From Hydrolagus affinis (lineage: Eukaryota): a stretch of 64,000 nt of DNA. The stretch lies in NCBI GenBank assembly GCA_012026655.1, contig JAAILG010000861.1, forward strand, positions 1 through 64,000, given 5' to 3'. Made by a program: the position numbers and the translations under genes. This document shows, one piece after another, positions 24,631-36,719 of the stretch (the stretch's first letter is position 1; the number at the start of each line of letters is the position of its first letter). The notes under the pieces are model-generated. The model searched no databases, was not told the DNA's origin, and worked only from the letters and a program-made list of their open reading frames with translations.

Positions 24631-25479
24631 TGCATTTGAAGGTAAATTAGTTGAAAACAAGCAGTTACAAATTAATTGCTTGGAATCTATGAGAGTGCTG
24701 TGTTATCCCTCTATTATCACAGACTAGCTTTTTGATTGATTAAACAGTTGGTTAAGGGAATGACATATGAATAATATAGTGCCTAGTCACTCAGGGAGAA
24801 GTCCAGTACACTTTAGACTGAAGACTGAATAGAATAGATGGGAGGGCCCTATAGCTTTCTGCTTCTCGAGATCTTCCTAGACTGTTAGATCACTAATCTT
24901 TGCTTCAACAAAACACAAACCTTATGCTTAATTTGTTTCATTCATTATTAAATATCTTATCTCTGCTTGAGTCCTCTTGTTTGCAATAGTGTTGAGCTGT
25001 ATGACTTTGCAGGCCCTTTTTCTGGAGTGTGCATTGTGAGATGATCTTGGGCTGGAAAGGCTCAGAATCTCCTCTGCCTCTGATAGAGAAGCATTCTTTC
25101 CAGCCTTCTGCAACATTTATTTCGACATGTTCCGATGAGAGAGTTGCTTTGGGTCTGCAAAGCGATTCATGAGTCCTTATCGAGGTGCTAAACTGTCCTT
25201 ACTGTAGTTAATCACTGCCTAAGCATCTTAATTTACCACCCGCAGAAATTCAAGCTGCTGCGTTTCGTCAACTCCATTATTGCCACTTCCGCAGCACACA
25301 AAGGATAATTATTTAAATAACCACAAGTTAGAATGGTACCTCTACAGGACACCTGAACCCGCCACACATTCCTCACCCTGGCAAACGTGCGTCAAGCAAA
25401 GTGAGCGATCAATGTCCAAAAATAGTTGGAGCCCAAAAAGGTGGCAATTTCTCGCTTTTGCAGCTGAACTGTTATTTGG

Positions 25480-25775
25480 TTAAGTGTCCCTCAAAGACGT
25501 TGTTTCTGAAGACAGGCGGCTTTGAAAGCAAAGAGAGAGGTTGCACGGTGAAGGACACTCAAGGAGAGTTTCAGAGAGTGGAGGACAAAGTGGAAGAAAG
25601 CTAGGAGACTAATTGAAAGGAGACATTGAACGAGAGTTATTTGAACCATTTAAGTGGGCGGGAGAGTAGAACCGGAGGAGTTCACATGGGTAAAGATGGG
25701 TGAAGGGCATGGAGACATTTGAAAGCAAGTACGGGGTTTAAAAGTCAATTTACTCGGGTGAAGGGAGTCGGTGGA
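25480..25775 (-). mobile_element. L2 LINE fragment (decayed)
   Basis: Purine-rich reverse complement of an L2 3' region (ggagacatttgaaagcaagtacggggtttaaaagtcaatt). Confidence 0.55.
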
Positions 25776-26559
25776 GTACAGTATAACCATAATAGTTTCC
25801 AGATTATTGCAATGTTAAGCGTTCTGGTGACCAATACAACAGTCCCAAGTGGTTTCAGTACTACTGTACCTTCTTTCCGGGAACAAAACTGCCTAAATAC
25901 TCGTTGCAAGGATTGAGACTGTTAATAACCTTATTCTATCAAGAGCTGTAAAATCCTTCAAAAACATCAAACAATCAGATGATAACAGAATATTTGCTTG
26001 TAAAAAAAATCCTTTCAATACTAAAAAAAAAACCCCAGCTCTGCTAACACTCAACGCTATTAAAACAGTGGAAGAGTTGATAATGAACTACTGAAAAGTA
26101 ATTTGCAATCCATAGTTGATTAATTTCCTCTACCCAGTTGAGGAAAGAGTGCAATATGTGATAGTTATTTGGAAGAGAACATGATTAAATGTTAATGCTT
26201 TTTCAGAATGAATTCTGACATCCTTAGGTCTGTTTGGGAATGTTCTAATATTCTGTGATTGAATGCACGCCTATGTTAAAATGTTAGGAAATTTTCTTTC
26301 TGCCCCTTGGCACCAGCGCACAAAGCTGATTAATTAAAATCTAAACGAAGGGAAAAAATAAATATACAGCTTTACATTTTTGGTCACCACAGTGGTGGAT
26401 TCATATACTGCAGCAGTGATACTGAAGTAAACAACAAAACTAAATAGGGGTAAAATTAACTCTTTTAAAAGATAATACAAAAATTAGATATTTTAGTTAC
26501 AACTTTCAGTTGTGAAGGTATTATTCAGTAGCAGAAGATGGAAGGTTTAATTTATCTAT

Positions 26560-26891
26560 CAACCTGCCCGTCCCTTCTGTTCAGCATGCTCCGGTCTGCT
26601 GCATGTCCTCCCACCCAACCCACCCTACCATCGGTGGCCGGGCTTTCACCCTCTCTGCCCCCACACTCTGGAACTCCATCCCACAGTCCCTTCGCCTCGC
26701 TTCCTCCCTTGCCTCCTTCAAGGCCAGTCTCAAGACCCTCCTGTTTGATCATGCCTTCTGGCACCCTCCTACCTCTCTCTCTTCCCTCCCCTCCCCTCTA
26801 CTCTGCCCCTTCCCCAGGCTCGGGTCCCAACCCCTGACTGTTCAGCGCCTTGGGATGTCCTCCCGACATAAATGTAATTTTGTTGTTGTTG
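26560..26891 (+). mobile_element. L2 LINE 3' end
   Basis: PTIGGRAFTLSAPTLWNSIPQSLRLASSLASFKASLKTLLFDHAF, followed by a (GTT)n tail. Confidence 0.9.
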
Positions 26892-28245
26892 CTAATTTGG
26901 GAGTTCCCTAAAGATTGTGGGTACAAACCACAAGCCATGTCTCTGAATTCTCTGTCTAACCTGAGGCTCCAGTAATTATTGTAAAATACTTGAGACGTTA
27001 GATGTTATTAGCACTATAAAAATACAAATACTAAAAATTCAAAATCTTTTAATGTTGATAGGCACTGTCCACTAGAATACCAGCAATTGAACATTCACGT
27101 ACTACGTATTTTGTATATCTCGTCAAAGTATATTTTCAGTTTTATCATCCTTTAAAAACATCAAAAATTGAGTTATGATTGTTCTCACATCTTTGTTGAG
27201 GGCAGCAAAACATAATTACTTTTCAATTTTACTTATGGCATACTTAATGCTGTGGCATTTTAGTGTGATATACAGTTTTAGAAGTGTAACAATTGATAAA
27301 AAAAAATTACTCCCAATACAGTTTACACTAAAACAGTGCCTTCACGTAAGGAGATCATCTCAAAGCCCATGACAAATCTAGCTGGACAGAGCTGAGAGTG
27401 AACTGTGGAAGCTTTGGTTGAAGACCATTGCAATCCATCTGGTTTGTCTCAATTTGAGATACCATCTCTCCCCTTCACAGATTCCCCAATCCCCTTCACT
27501 GACTGATGTTATGGAAAATCTGCGTGCATTTTATTAACATTTGTCAAAACATTTGCCAACATTATGTCTTTAATTAAACTCGAATACAATACCAACGATA
27601 TGCTTTACTGTTGATCATTCCTCTGAATCCAACACTTTTGAACAGCTTATGTTGCTACACAGCTCATTGAAGTATCTTAAATACCTGAGCCAGGTTGGGA
27701 CAATGTAGGTTACCACTGTACAATATTTTCCGGATCAGGCTATTTTAATATCTGAAGCACGATCATCCAGGAACATACACACTAATTCATATCTCATGTC
27801 ATTGGTCTATGTTTGAGCAGTTGTAATCTGACCTTCAAAAGAAGCAGAACACCCACTGCGTACAGTCAGCATAACTTGGCCTTGACCTGAGGGTCAGACT
27901 CATGTCTGTAGGGAAGTATAAATAGTAGCGTTTGTGCATGTCACTTGTGTTATAATGGGTATTGGCTTCTGGGTGCTGTGTTATCTCTGCATGCTGTACA
28001 GTGGCTGACAGAACTCAGATCCACCATCAAACTAACACTTTGGATTTATCTCATGCGAAGTGATTGTCAAAGTCAAAATCACTAGAGAGCACACACCTGA
28101 ATGCTGAAATTGTCATACCAAGTTTACAATTGCAGCAGCATGAATGCAGTAAAAAAAAACTCAAGAGCGTTGCTTACGCATATACAATTACAATCACAGA
28201 CAAGCTTCATGTTCCGAAACCTGACCACTTGCCTCGACACGTTCT

Positions 28246-28375
28246 TATAGAATCATAGAAGATTACAGTACAGAACGAGGCCATTCAGTCCCTTGTGCCT
28301 ATGCTGGCTCTTTGGAAGAGCTACCCAATCAGTCCCACACCCCGCTTTTTCCCCCATATCTTGTTCCTTTTCAAG
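28246..28375 (-). mobile_element. CR1 LINE 3' end
   Basis: atagaatcatagaa tail plus gaggccattcag...gctggctctttggaagagctacccaat. Confidence 0.75.
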
Positions 28376-28379
28376 TAAA

Positions 28380-29125
28380 AATGATTGTAACAATCCTCGC
28401 ATTTGACCTCCCTGGACTATGCCTCAGACTTACCAAAACCAATCCGCAACCTGGGCGTCAGGTTCGACCAACAGCTGTGCTTCCTTCCCCACATCCAGTC
28501 CCTGACCAGGACCACCTTCCTCCACTTCCGCCTCTAACTGTACTTTATCCCGGACAAGCCAAAACACTCATCCATGCGTTCCATCCTTCCGACTAGACTT
28601 CTCAAATGCCCTCTTTGCCATTCTCCCCAACTCATGCACAGGATCCAGCTGATCCAAAACTCTCCCGCCAGCATTCTCAGCAGTACTAAACTCAGTACCC
28701 CTATTACACCAGTTCTAGCCCGTCTCCACTGCCTCCCCATCATTGAAAGAGTCACTTCAAAATTCTCACACTTGTTTTCAAATCACTTCACGCCTTGGAA
28801 CCTCCCTACCTCTCTGACTTACTTATCCCTCAACCCACAACTCCTCCACTCGACTGGCTCCAGCCTTCTGCATGTCCCTCCCAACCTCCATTCTACCATT
28901 GGTGACTGTACTTTCAGCCACTATGCCCCCAAACTCTGGAGGATTCTTCCTCTATTCCTCTGCCTTGCCCCTTTCTTCCCCATTTTCAGCTCACATCCAA
29001 AGTCCTATTAGACCATATTTATAGTCACTTTCCCCTCCCCTGGTTCAGAGTCATGCCCCACCACTGTCAAGCACGAAGGGATGCTGTCCTGCATGAGGGG
29101 TGTTGTGTATATGCGAGTTGTTGTA
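28380..29125 (+). mobile_element. L2 LINE ORF2 C-terminal fragment
   Basis: AKTLIHAF, IQLIQNSPASIL, ITPVLARLHCLPI, FSHYAPKLW motifs. Confidence 0.9.
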
Positions 29126-29129
29126 AGGA

Positions 29130-29490
29130 GGACAAGCTCAGTCTCTCAACATAACTAAAGTCCCTATTACCATTTTGGTAAACCTCCGCTTCACCCTCTC
29201 CATATCCTTCCTAAAGTGTGGTGCCCAGAATTAAACCCCAAACCAGTGACTTAAGCAAAACTTCCTTGCCAAATGCCTCTATTTATAAAGTCATGAATCC
29301 CATTTAATGTATATGGTGTCTCCTCATTCGTCCTCCCAAAATGCATCACCTCATAGTTCTCTGCATTAAACGTCATCTGCCATGTGTCTGCCCATTTTAC
29401 CAGTCTATCTTTGTCCTCCTGCAGGCCGTTACCATCCACCTCACTGTTTATTGCATTCCCAAGTTTTGTGTCATCTGCAAATGTAACATT
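29130..29490 (-). mobile_element. CR1 LINE RT fragment
   Basis: FADDTKLG..LQEDKDRLVKWADTWQMTFNAENYEVMHFGR. Confidence 0.9.
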
Positions 29491-29954
29491 TTTTTCTATG
29501 TACCCAAGACCAGATTCGAATGCCCCTTGGCTAGGATTGCTCATGTAGCAATCATCAGACGAAATATATTCATGGCAATGTGTCTGTCACAGTCACACTG
29601 CCTGTCACAGGTTCCATCTGTGTTATACTCATCATCAGTCTAACAAGGCAAACCTTTCCGCCAAATCATAATACAATACTCAGTATGAAAATGCATATAT
29701 TTATGATCCATTGTATTAGTATTAGCTTTATATTGGCCACAGTGCTGTGGGTTGCACTATTATTAACATCAATGCTGACTGACACTATGCGAAATTTTAT
29801 GAGATGTAAATGTTTCTGAGGAATGAGTTTATAGCCATCAAGAAATAGCTCAGTTCCTGTTTGAGGTCCAATGCAATTTATATATGGAAGCAGGCCAATT
29901 GAAAACAGGTCTGTCATTACATTTTCATAGTCCATCAGAATATACCATGTGAAT

Positions 29955-30240
29955 TAATAATAATCCTTAGATTTGATGTAGCGCTTTTCATGTCTTCTAG
30001 ACATCTCAAAGCGCTTCACAGCATATACTGTAAAGTCAATTGACTATTTTTGTGGGTGAAACCAGCAGTAAACAGACGTGAATTGAGTGACCAAATTATT
30101 ATTGCTGTTGATATTTTCTTGGGGGATTATTATCAGCTGTGTGGAGTAAGGAAATGGCTCAAGGTTTTGCCCTACCTGGAATCGAACCCAGGACTCTCAC
30201 TTGTAAGGCATGTACTATACCCACTGAGCTACAGGACTCC
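29955..30240 (-). mobile_element. Near full-length tRNA-derived DeuSINE
   Basis: Head GGAGTCCTGTAGCTCAGTGG...GGGTTCGATTCC, (ATT)n tail. Confidence 0.9.
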
Positions 30241-30464
30241 ACTCTTGGTGAATTTGCCTTGCACCCTGTTATACAATGCATTTGTTTATAAATGTAAACA
30301 TGAATTTTTTTAAAAAAATTCTAATTATATATTTAATCTACTCAAATATAATGCATACAATGTCTAAATGCTCATAATGCACCCTTTCTCCAAACATTCA
30401 ACATTGTGAAACTATTTTGCAGCAACCAACTACACAATGTTATCGTACTGTACCACAGCTGCTA

Positions 30465-30876
30465 AACATAAGTAGGCCATTCAGGACCTCTAGCCTGTTT
30501 CACCATTCTATAAAATCATGGCCAATCTGTGTCTCAACTCCAATTACCCAGCCTCGCCCCATATTCCTTGAAACTCTGACCTAACAAATATTTATTCACC
30601 TCAATCTTAACAACCTTGGGGGGAGAAAGTTTCCTAATTTCACTCCTAAATGGCCTAGCTCTAATTTTAAGATCATGTCTCCTTCTTCTGGATTTTCAAA
30701 CCAGAAGAAATAGTTTACCCGTATCTCCGCTATTGAATCTCTTTGTTATTTTTAAAACCTCAATCAGATCACCCCTCAACCTCGTAAACTCGAGGGAATA
30801 AACACCAAGCTTATGCAACCTGTCCTCGTAATTTAATCCTTTAAACCCTAGTACTGTATCATTCTGGTGAATCCGC
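30465..30876 (-). mobile_element. CR1 LINE 3' end
   Basis: KGLNYEDRLHKLGVYSLEFTRLRGDLIEVLKI plus a CR1 3' UTR. Confidence 0.9.
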
Positions 30877-31770
30877 AATTAGTAGATGACCTCACACTTC
30901 CCCACATTTTACGAACCTATCTATGCACATGTGTGTTAGGCCTCGTTACGGATCTGTACACTGTGTGCTAGGCTTCGGCCTCTTCAGCAATGGAGCTCTT
31001 TGCTCGACACTGCTATTGTGAGCGGAGTGGTTCTGGTTGTGAATGCGCAGTTATGTTGGGATCGTGGAAGCTGTGTGAGCGGGAAAACGGCTTGGTCCGT
31101 TGCCTATCCTTAATTGAGCTATTTTGCAAAATTATATTGACAGAATGGCTATTTTATTACATCAAAAACTTAATTCTGAGCACAGAAAAATGCGGAGAAA
31201 AAGATTATTTCTAACCATTACCATACAAAATATGATCCCACTGTAGTTTTTTTTAAAAAAAACTTTCCAATGTGCAAATAAACTGTAGGCTTCTGTTAGA
31301 ATATTTGAAATGTAGTTAAATTCAGGTGTCTGCAAGGAGATGGCCTGTTAGGAATAGTATTCCAGGTCAGCACATTTGACACCTACAATAATATCAATAT
31401 TGACATTGATATGCATTACGCTCAGCTGTAGTTGGCAAGGGGAGATGCCTCAACGAATCTTGTTTTTCTCAGCTTGACAGGACTTGACAGGAGTTCACGG
31501 AGCTCCAGCACCTAGGGTTAAATTCAGCAATAAATCAGACACTCAACTACCATGTGTCAAAGACCGATTCTATCAAGTCGATTCTACCACTATCTTTTGC
31601 TTTTCACAATCACCACACACAAGCCTATGGTACTAAGTCGGTAAAAGACATGGGAATTAAAGACAGAGCGATTTGCAGTTAGAGGGAGTTATTTTTAGAA
31701 ATAGTAACCGTAATATGATTAGGTTTAAAGTCGGAGAGTGCACAATAAAGACAACAAACAAACTGCTTCA

Positions 31771-31930
31771 AATTGCTTTAAGGACATAAGTGGCAATTGA
31801 ATATAGATGAAACAGGGATGAAAGGGTACTGGGAAAGTGACTGGGCAGATTTGAAAGAGGTTAATTTGTAAAGTTGGAATTAAAAGACTGAGTGAATCTA
31901 CATTGTGTTTTCGGATTAAATAACATTACA
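31771..31930 (+). mobile_element. Solo LTR (~160 bp) of the Gypsy-type element at 49172-51040
   Basis: Collinear with the reverse complement of 49172-49413 (ttgctttaaggacataagtggcaa...aaagtgactgggcagatttgaaagag...gaatctacattgtgttt..ggattaaataacattaca). Possible caaa target duplication. Confidence 0.75.
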
Positions 31931-31979
31931 CAAAAAACAGCAAACACAATTTAGAGTTGTGTAGCAGCCTTCATGTGCC

Positions 31980-32267
31980 ATAATAATAATAATCCTTGCA
32001 TTTGATATAGCAGTTTTCACATCTTCTAGACGTCTCAAAGTGCTTCACAGAATATACTGTAAAGTGAATTGACTGTATATATGTGGGCGAAACGCTGAAG
32101 TCAATTATGCACAACAGTGTCCCATAAACAGTCGGGGATTGAAAATGACCAATTTTTTTTTGAGGGATTATTATCAGGCGTGTGGAGTATGGAAATTTGC
32201 TCAAGGTTTTGCCTTGCCTGGAATTGAACCCAGGTCTCTCGCTTGTAAGGCGAGTGTACTAACCGCT
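31980..32267 (-). mobile_element. Near full-length tRNA-derived DeuSINE
   Basis: Homologous to 21537-21839. Confidence 0.9.
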
Positions 32268-33019
32268 AAAGGCATGGGTAAAGACGTCCTTGGCAAGACG
32301 TAGAGGAAATGAACGTATCGAGTGACAACCCAGCCCAAGGCTGGTTATATCACTGGATCAGCCAAGCTCAACTTCTCTAATGGACTTGAACAACCTATAA
32401 GTAAATTATGGGCTTTCTGTTTGTGTCTCTCTATCCTCCCCCAATCTTTAATTAATCCGGATGGCAGGCCAATCTTTGTATTTGATATAGCATCTGATCA
32501 AATCACTGAGAAGTCTCAAGTAACTTCACAGAATCTATTGTAAAGTGGATTGGCTGTGTATTTTGTGGGCGAAAGCTCAGCAGTTGAAGAGAGCACATAG
32601 CAGTTTGGGATATTTAAACAAGAGACAAATGGCATTAGCCTCATTCACGATGGACAATGGGGATTTAGACAGAGTGGTTGATAAGATTGCTGAAACTACT
32701 GGGTTAGCTGCACCTAGGAGAGCAAATACTTGGGAGTGGGGTATATAGTTAAAATAGGAAGCAATTGTTGACCTTGTACAGAATACTTGTCTTGCTCAAT
32801 ATAATTTAATAACTTAAAAGTCTGGTCAGTGCATTCATTCCAAGTAGGAACATCCTGACATTGAAAAAAGGCAATCTGATTAATGGCTGGAATCAAACAG
32901 TTAGATGAAGAGGCTAGAGAATCTGGAAACGTTCCTAGTGGATAAGAGAAGGCTCAAGGGAGTCCTACTAAAGTATTCAAGATCGTAAATGGCAAAAACT
33001 GAAAAATTACTGAACTCTA

Positions 33020-33390
33020 CATGGCGAGACAAAATTTGATTAGTCCAAAACTCTGCCGCCCAAATACGCACCCACTCCAAATCCCCAACACACCAGTCCT
33101 CGCCAGGCTCCATTGGCTCTCAATTACCAAATGGATCAAGTTCAAGATCTTCTCACTCATTTTCAAACCGCTCCATACCTTGACACCTCTCTACCTCTCC
33201 GATCTGCTTACACCCTACATCACCCGCTGCTTCCATTTAGCCTGCTCCGGTCTCCTTTTTGTCGCTTGTCCCCTCCACTCCCAAATGCCCTCCACCTTAC
33301 CCCTTTCCCTCTCTCCCCACCTTCAAATCCCAGCTAAAACCTTCCATTTTGATTGTGCTTATTATAGTCACCTGCCTCCTCCCTCTCCCG
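33020..33390 (+). mobile_element. L2 LINE fragment
   Basis: TPVLARLHWLSITKWIKFKIFSLIFKPLHTLTPLYLSDLL. Confidence 0.85.
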
Positions 33391-33567
33391 CTGAGATTAG
33401 AAAGGAAAGGTGGGAGAGGCAGCACCAATAGATAGATTAAATAATAGGTAGAACAATTGTACACTTCTCTATTTAATTGTCAGTTGCTGTCTGACATATC
33501 TTTGGATTCAGCTTCTTTTAATGCTCGTCATCTAATCACCCACTTGCTGCACTGACCATAGATTGAA

Positions 33568-33982
33568 ATAACAACAACAACAAATTACATTTATAGAGCG
33601 CCTTTCACGTCGGGAGGACGTCCCAAGGCGCTGCACAGGGGGAGTGTGACCCGAGCTGGGAGGGGAGTGTTAGGGCGGGGGTGAAACACGAAGGGGAGGT
33701 TGAAAAATTTNNNNNNNNNNNNNNNNNNNNNNNNNNNNNNNNNNNNNNNNNNNNNNNNNNNNNNNNNNNNNNNNNNNNNNNNNNNNNNNNNNNNNNNNNN
33801 NNNNNNNNNNAAACCAGCCTTGAAAGAGGAAAGGGAAGAAACGAGACGAAGGGATTGGGGGATAGAATTCCATAGGGTGGGAGCGGAGAAACTGAAGGCC
33901 CGGCCTCCGATGGTGGGGCGGTTCGGGCGGGGGGCTTGGAGCAGGCCGAGTCCTGCTGAACGGAGGGTCCGGGTGGGCTTGA
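33568..33982 (-). mobile_element. L2 LINE 3' end spanning the assembly gap
   Basis: (CAA)n tail and tttcacgtcgggaggacgtcccaaggcgctg left of the gap; TIGGRAFSFSAPTLWNS-like sequence right of it. Confidence 0.8.
33711..33810. other. Assembly gap (100 N)
   Basis: Run of exactly 100 N. Confidence 1.
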
Positions 33983-34986
33983 AATAGCCAGGAGTGCATC
34001 AAGCAGATAGAAAATTGGCAATTGACATTGTCAAGGCTGATAGGTTGTATTAATTGTGAATATCTTTACAGAGCGGAATGATGCAAAACATTAAATATGA
34101 CTGACAATTGGCTGGACTCCCATGTTTAGTTGACTGAGGTATAAACGTGACTGAGCTGAGCATAATAAAAAGTCAGAATGGAAGATGAATCTTTATAACA
34201 TTGTTACTGGATCAACACATAACTTAGGGACATCAAGTTTTCCCACTAATATCTTTGTAGTAGGAATCTTTTGCACTGATCGCAACTGAGTAATGTTTCT
34301 ACCAGATATTTTTAAACTTTTATACAATCTCTTAAGTCACAATTTAATAGGCACCAGCCCCTCTCCAACTATATTCCCATGGTATGACCATCGATGCTTT
34401 GCTTTAAGTATGACATCAACCCCCAGTGTCTATATGCAGTTCCACGGTTTAAATATGAACCTATAATCTTCCTAAAAGCAAATCTCAGTTAGAACCTGGG
34501 GTACAATCAATTTTGAGAAAAAATAACCATGATGCACACACAAATATACCTTTCCAATAAGACTCGCATCTTGTTTGCTAAGAGAAACAGCTACTGTCTC
34601 TCAAAATAGTCGAGACCTAACAGGCTTGCTTGTAATATTTTAGGAAGTTCTCAGACTGCTTAATAGAATGCCCACCCACATAGCAGCTTCTCAAATAGCA
34701 TTTCTCTAAAGTATCTAATCTTGTATCTTTCTCTTTCTGTGCATGACATACCTCTTCCCGTTTTATAAAGTTTCAACACAAGCAACTTTTTGAGGACGAA
34801 ATGTAATCTGAATTTAGACCTAGACTTTCTCCCCCACCCTTCCCTGCCCACCCAACTCAATTTAAGAACGTCCAAAATATAAAAATGCCAAGAAAAAGGA
34901 GTTTTAGATTAAAGTGAAATTTCTCCCTTTTGTGATATTCTGCATTATTGCTCCTACAACAAATATTCTTGATTGCCTTAATTTGC

Positions 34987-35097
34987 ACATTTTGACCACA
35001 AAATACACAGTCAATTCACTTTACAGTATATTCTAAGAAGAGCTTTGAGACTTCTCAATGACGTGATAAGGCGCTATATCAAACGCAAGGATTATTA
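34987..35097 (+). mobile_element. DeuSINE 3' fragment
   Basis: cagtcaattcactttacagtatattct...gctttgagac...gcgctatatcaaacgcaaggattatt. Confidence 0.75.
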
Positions 35098-36719
35098 CAT
35101 TAGTTTTATAGCTGCCTTCGGTAGCAAACATTTTCCATCTTTGAAATTGGAGCACAGGACAATGAGGAAGAAATAAAATGTCGTGGCACATCGAACACAT
35201 GCGCATAGATCTAGTTCACAGAAGTGGTTCCTTTGACGTTCACAGACGACTGAATAAAATCAGGAATCTTTAGCTTGTGATGTGTCTTCCAGCCAGTGTC
35301 AGCAATGCTGATTTGCAGATCCAATTCCTACTCGTTATCTTTTTCAACTCACAGCTTGATTCGAACTGAACAACATGTCAGAGAGGGAAACGATGCTCAC
35401 TTTGTTCCTGGGCAGACAACCCCATTATGCAAGGATTATTATTGTTATTATATTATTATAACACGGTCGTCTTGTCCAATACCTCAGGAGACCGTGTTAC
35501 ACGTTGAACGTGAAAAAAAAGTCCAATTTGCAAGGCCACCACTTGTGTTGCTTCTGGTTGTGGGTGATGTCCAGGATGGGTGACCAGACTGCTCGGTAGT
35601 CGGACATCGTTTAGTATGAAAAGTTGCCTAATCGGTGACAGAAGCTGAGTGTAATTTTGTTTAACACACGTCCACAGTAGATCCGCACTCCATGCGAACC
35701 CGCATTAAACTCGGGCAATGGAGGGGAATGTGGGCAGCGTTCTCACCTTTGTTTTCCACTCGCTCATGTCTGTGCTTGCAATCCATGGCATACTTTTGTT
35801 ACATTTATTTCTGGTTACCGTCGTATTTATACTTTCAAGTTCTAATAAGGTCATTCCAAAGACAATCTCTTGCTTCTCGGAACTCTCCCGCTGTTCCTTT
35901 CTCTCCCACCATATGTGGGGTTGGAGGAGGGGGTGGTGGTGGTGGAGGGGGGGAGGGGGTGGTGGGGGGGGGGGTTTGCTTGATACAGTTATCGACATGA
36001 ACAGATGTCACATAGCAGGCTGCCCTTGTGCACACTCTGGAGCCGAGCTTGCTGGTAATTAGCTCTAAAAATGTTCCCCACTAGATGCCCCATGACCCCT
36101 CTGTACCCAGGAGAATATCGGATGGGAGCCCCTAAATCTTGGCTCTGACACTTTATTGAAAGGCTGAATTTATCAGGCCACCTGGTTGATACTCATCAGA
36201 GATAATATGCTGCGCAGGCGAGAAACCTCATTCACATACCTGTACAAATTCACCTCATCAAAGGACCGCCAAACCATGGTCACAGTGCATAGCCCACATC
36301 AGCCCGTACCACGTTGAACATTGACATTCCTTTGCTACAGTGACTTCCTTTTATTTGCATACAACACAACCACTTACCGTTGCAGTTCCCTTGATGCAGA
36401 GCGTATGAATAAATCAAGCAAATAACTACGTTCTGGAAAATCAAATGTTTCAAATACAATGGTAGCGTTTTAAAATGAACACATCAGGGACCGTAGTTTT
36501 GTCTAGTGTTAGAGGCGTCTGAGGTTAGCTACTCTACCATTCTCTCCCAGTATAGACTCAACACCAACGCAATATGTACTAATATTGTTCTATTTCAAGC
36601 AATGTTAACTAACCAAACAGGACACCAAGTATTTTAACCTACGATTTTAATTGAAAATGCTGTGCGCATTACTCACACAGAAATCAGTCAAATATATTCA
36701 TCTTTATTTGGCTGCAAAA

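Noticed and set aside
24928-25200. Overlapping minus-strand open frames (62 aa, and about 87 codons)
   Set aside because: No recognisable homology or convincing splice acceptor; compatible with chance.
29666-29935. 89-aa minus-strand ATG ORF with a hydrophobic C-terminus
   Set aside because: AT-rich sequence yields I/L/F-rich peptides by chance (the opposite strand does too); no homology recognised.
31620-31690. Possible PPT and integrase tail upstream of the solo LTR
   Set aside because: Similarity to the 49 kb element starts only at ~31771, so this purine run is not adjacent to the LTR.
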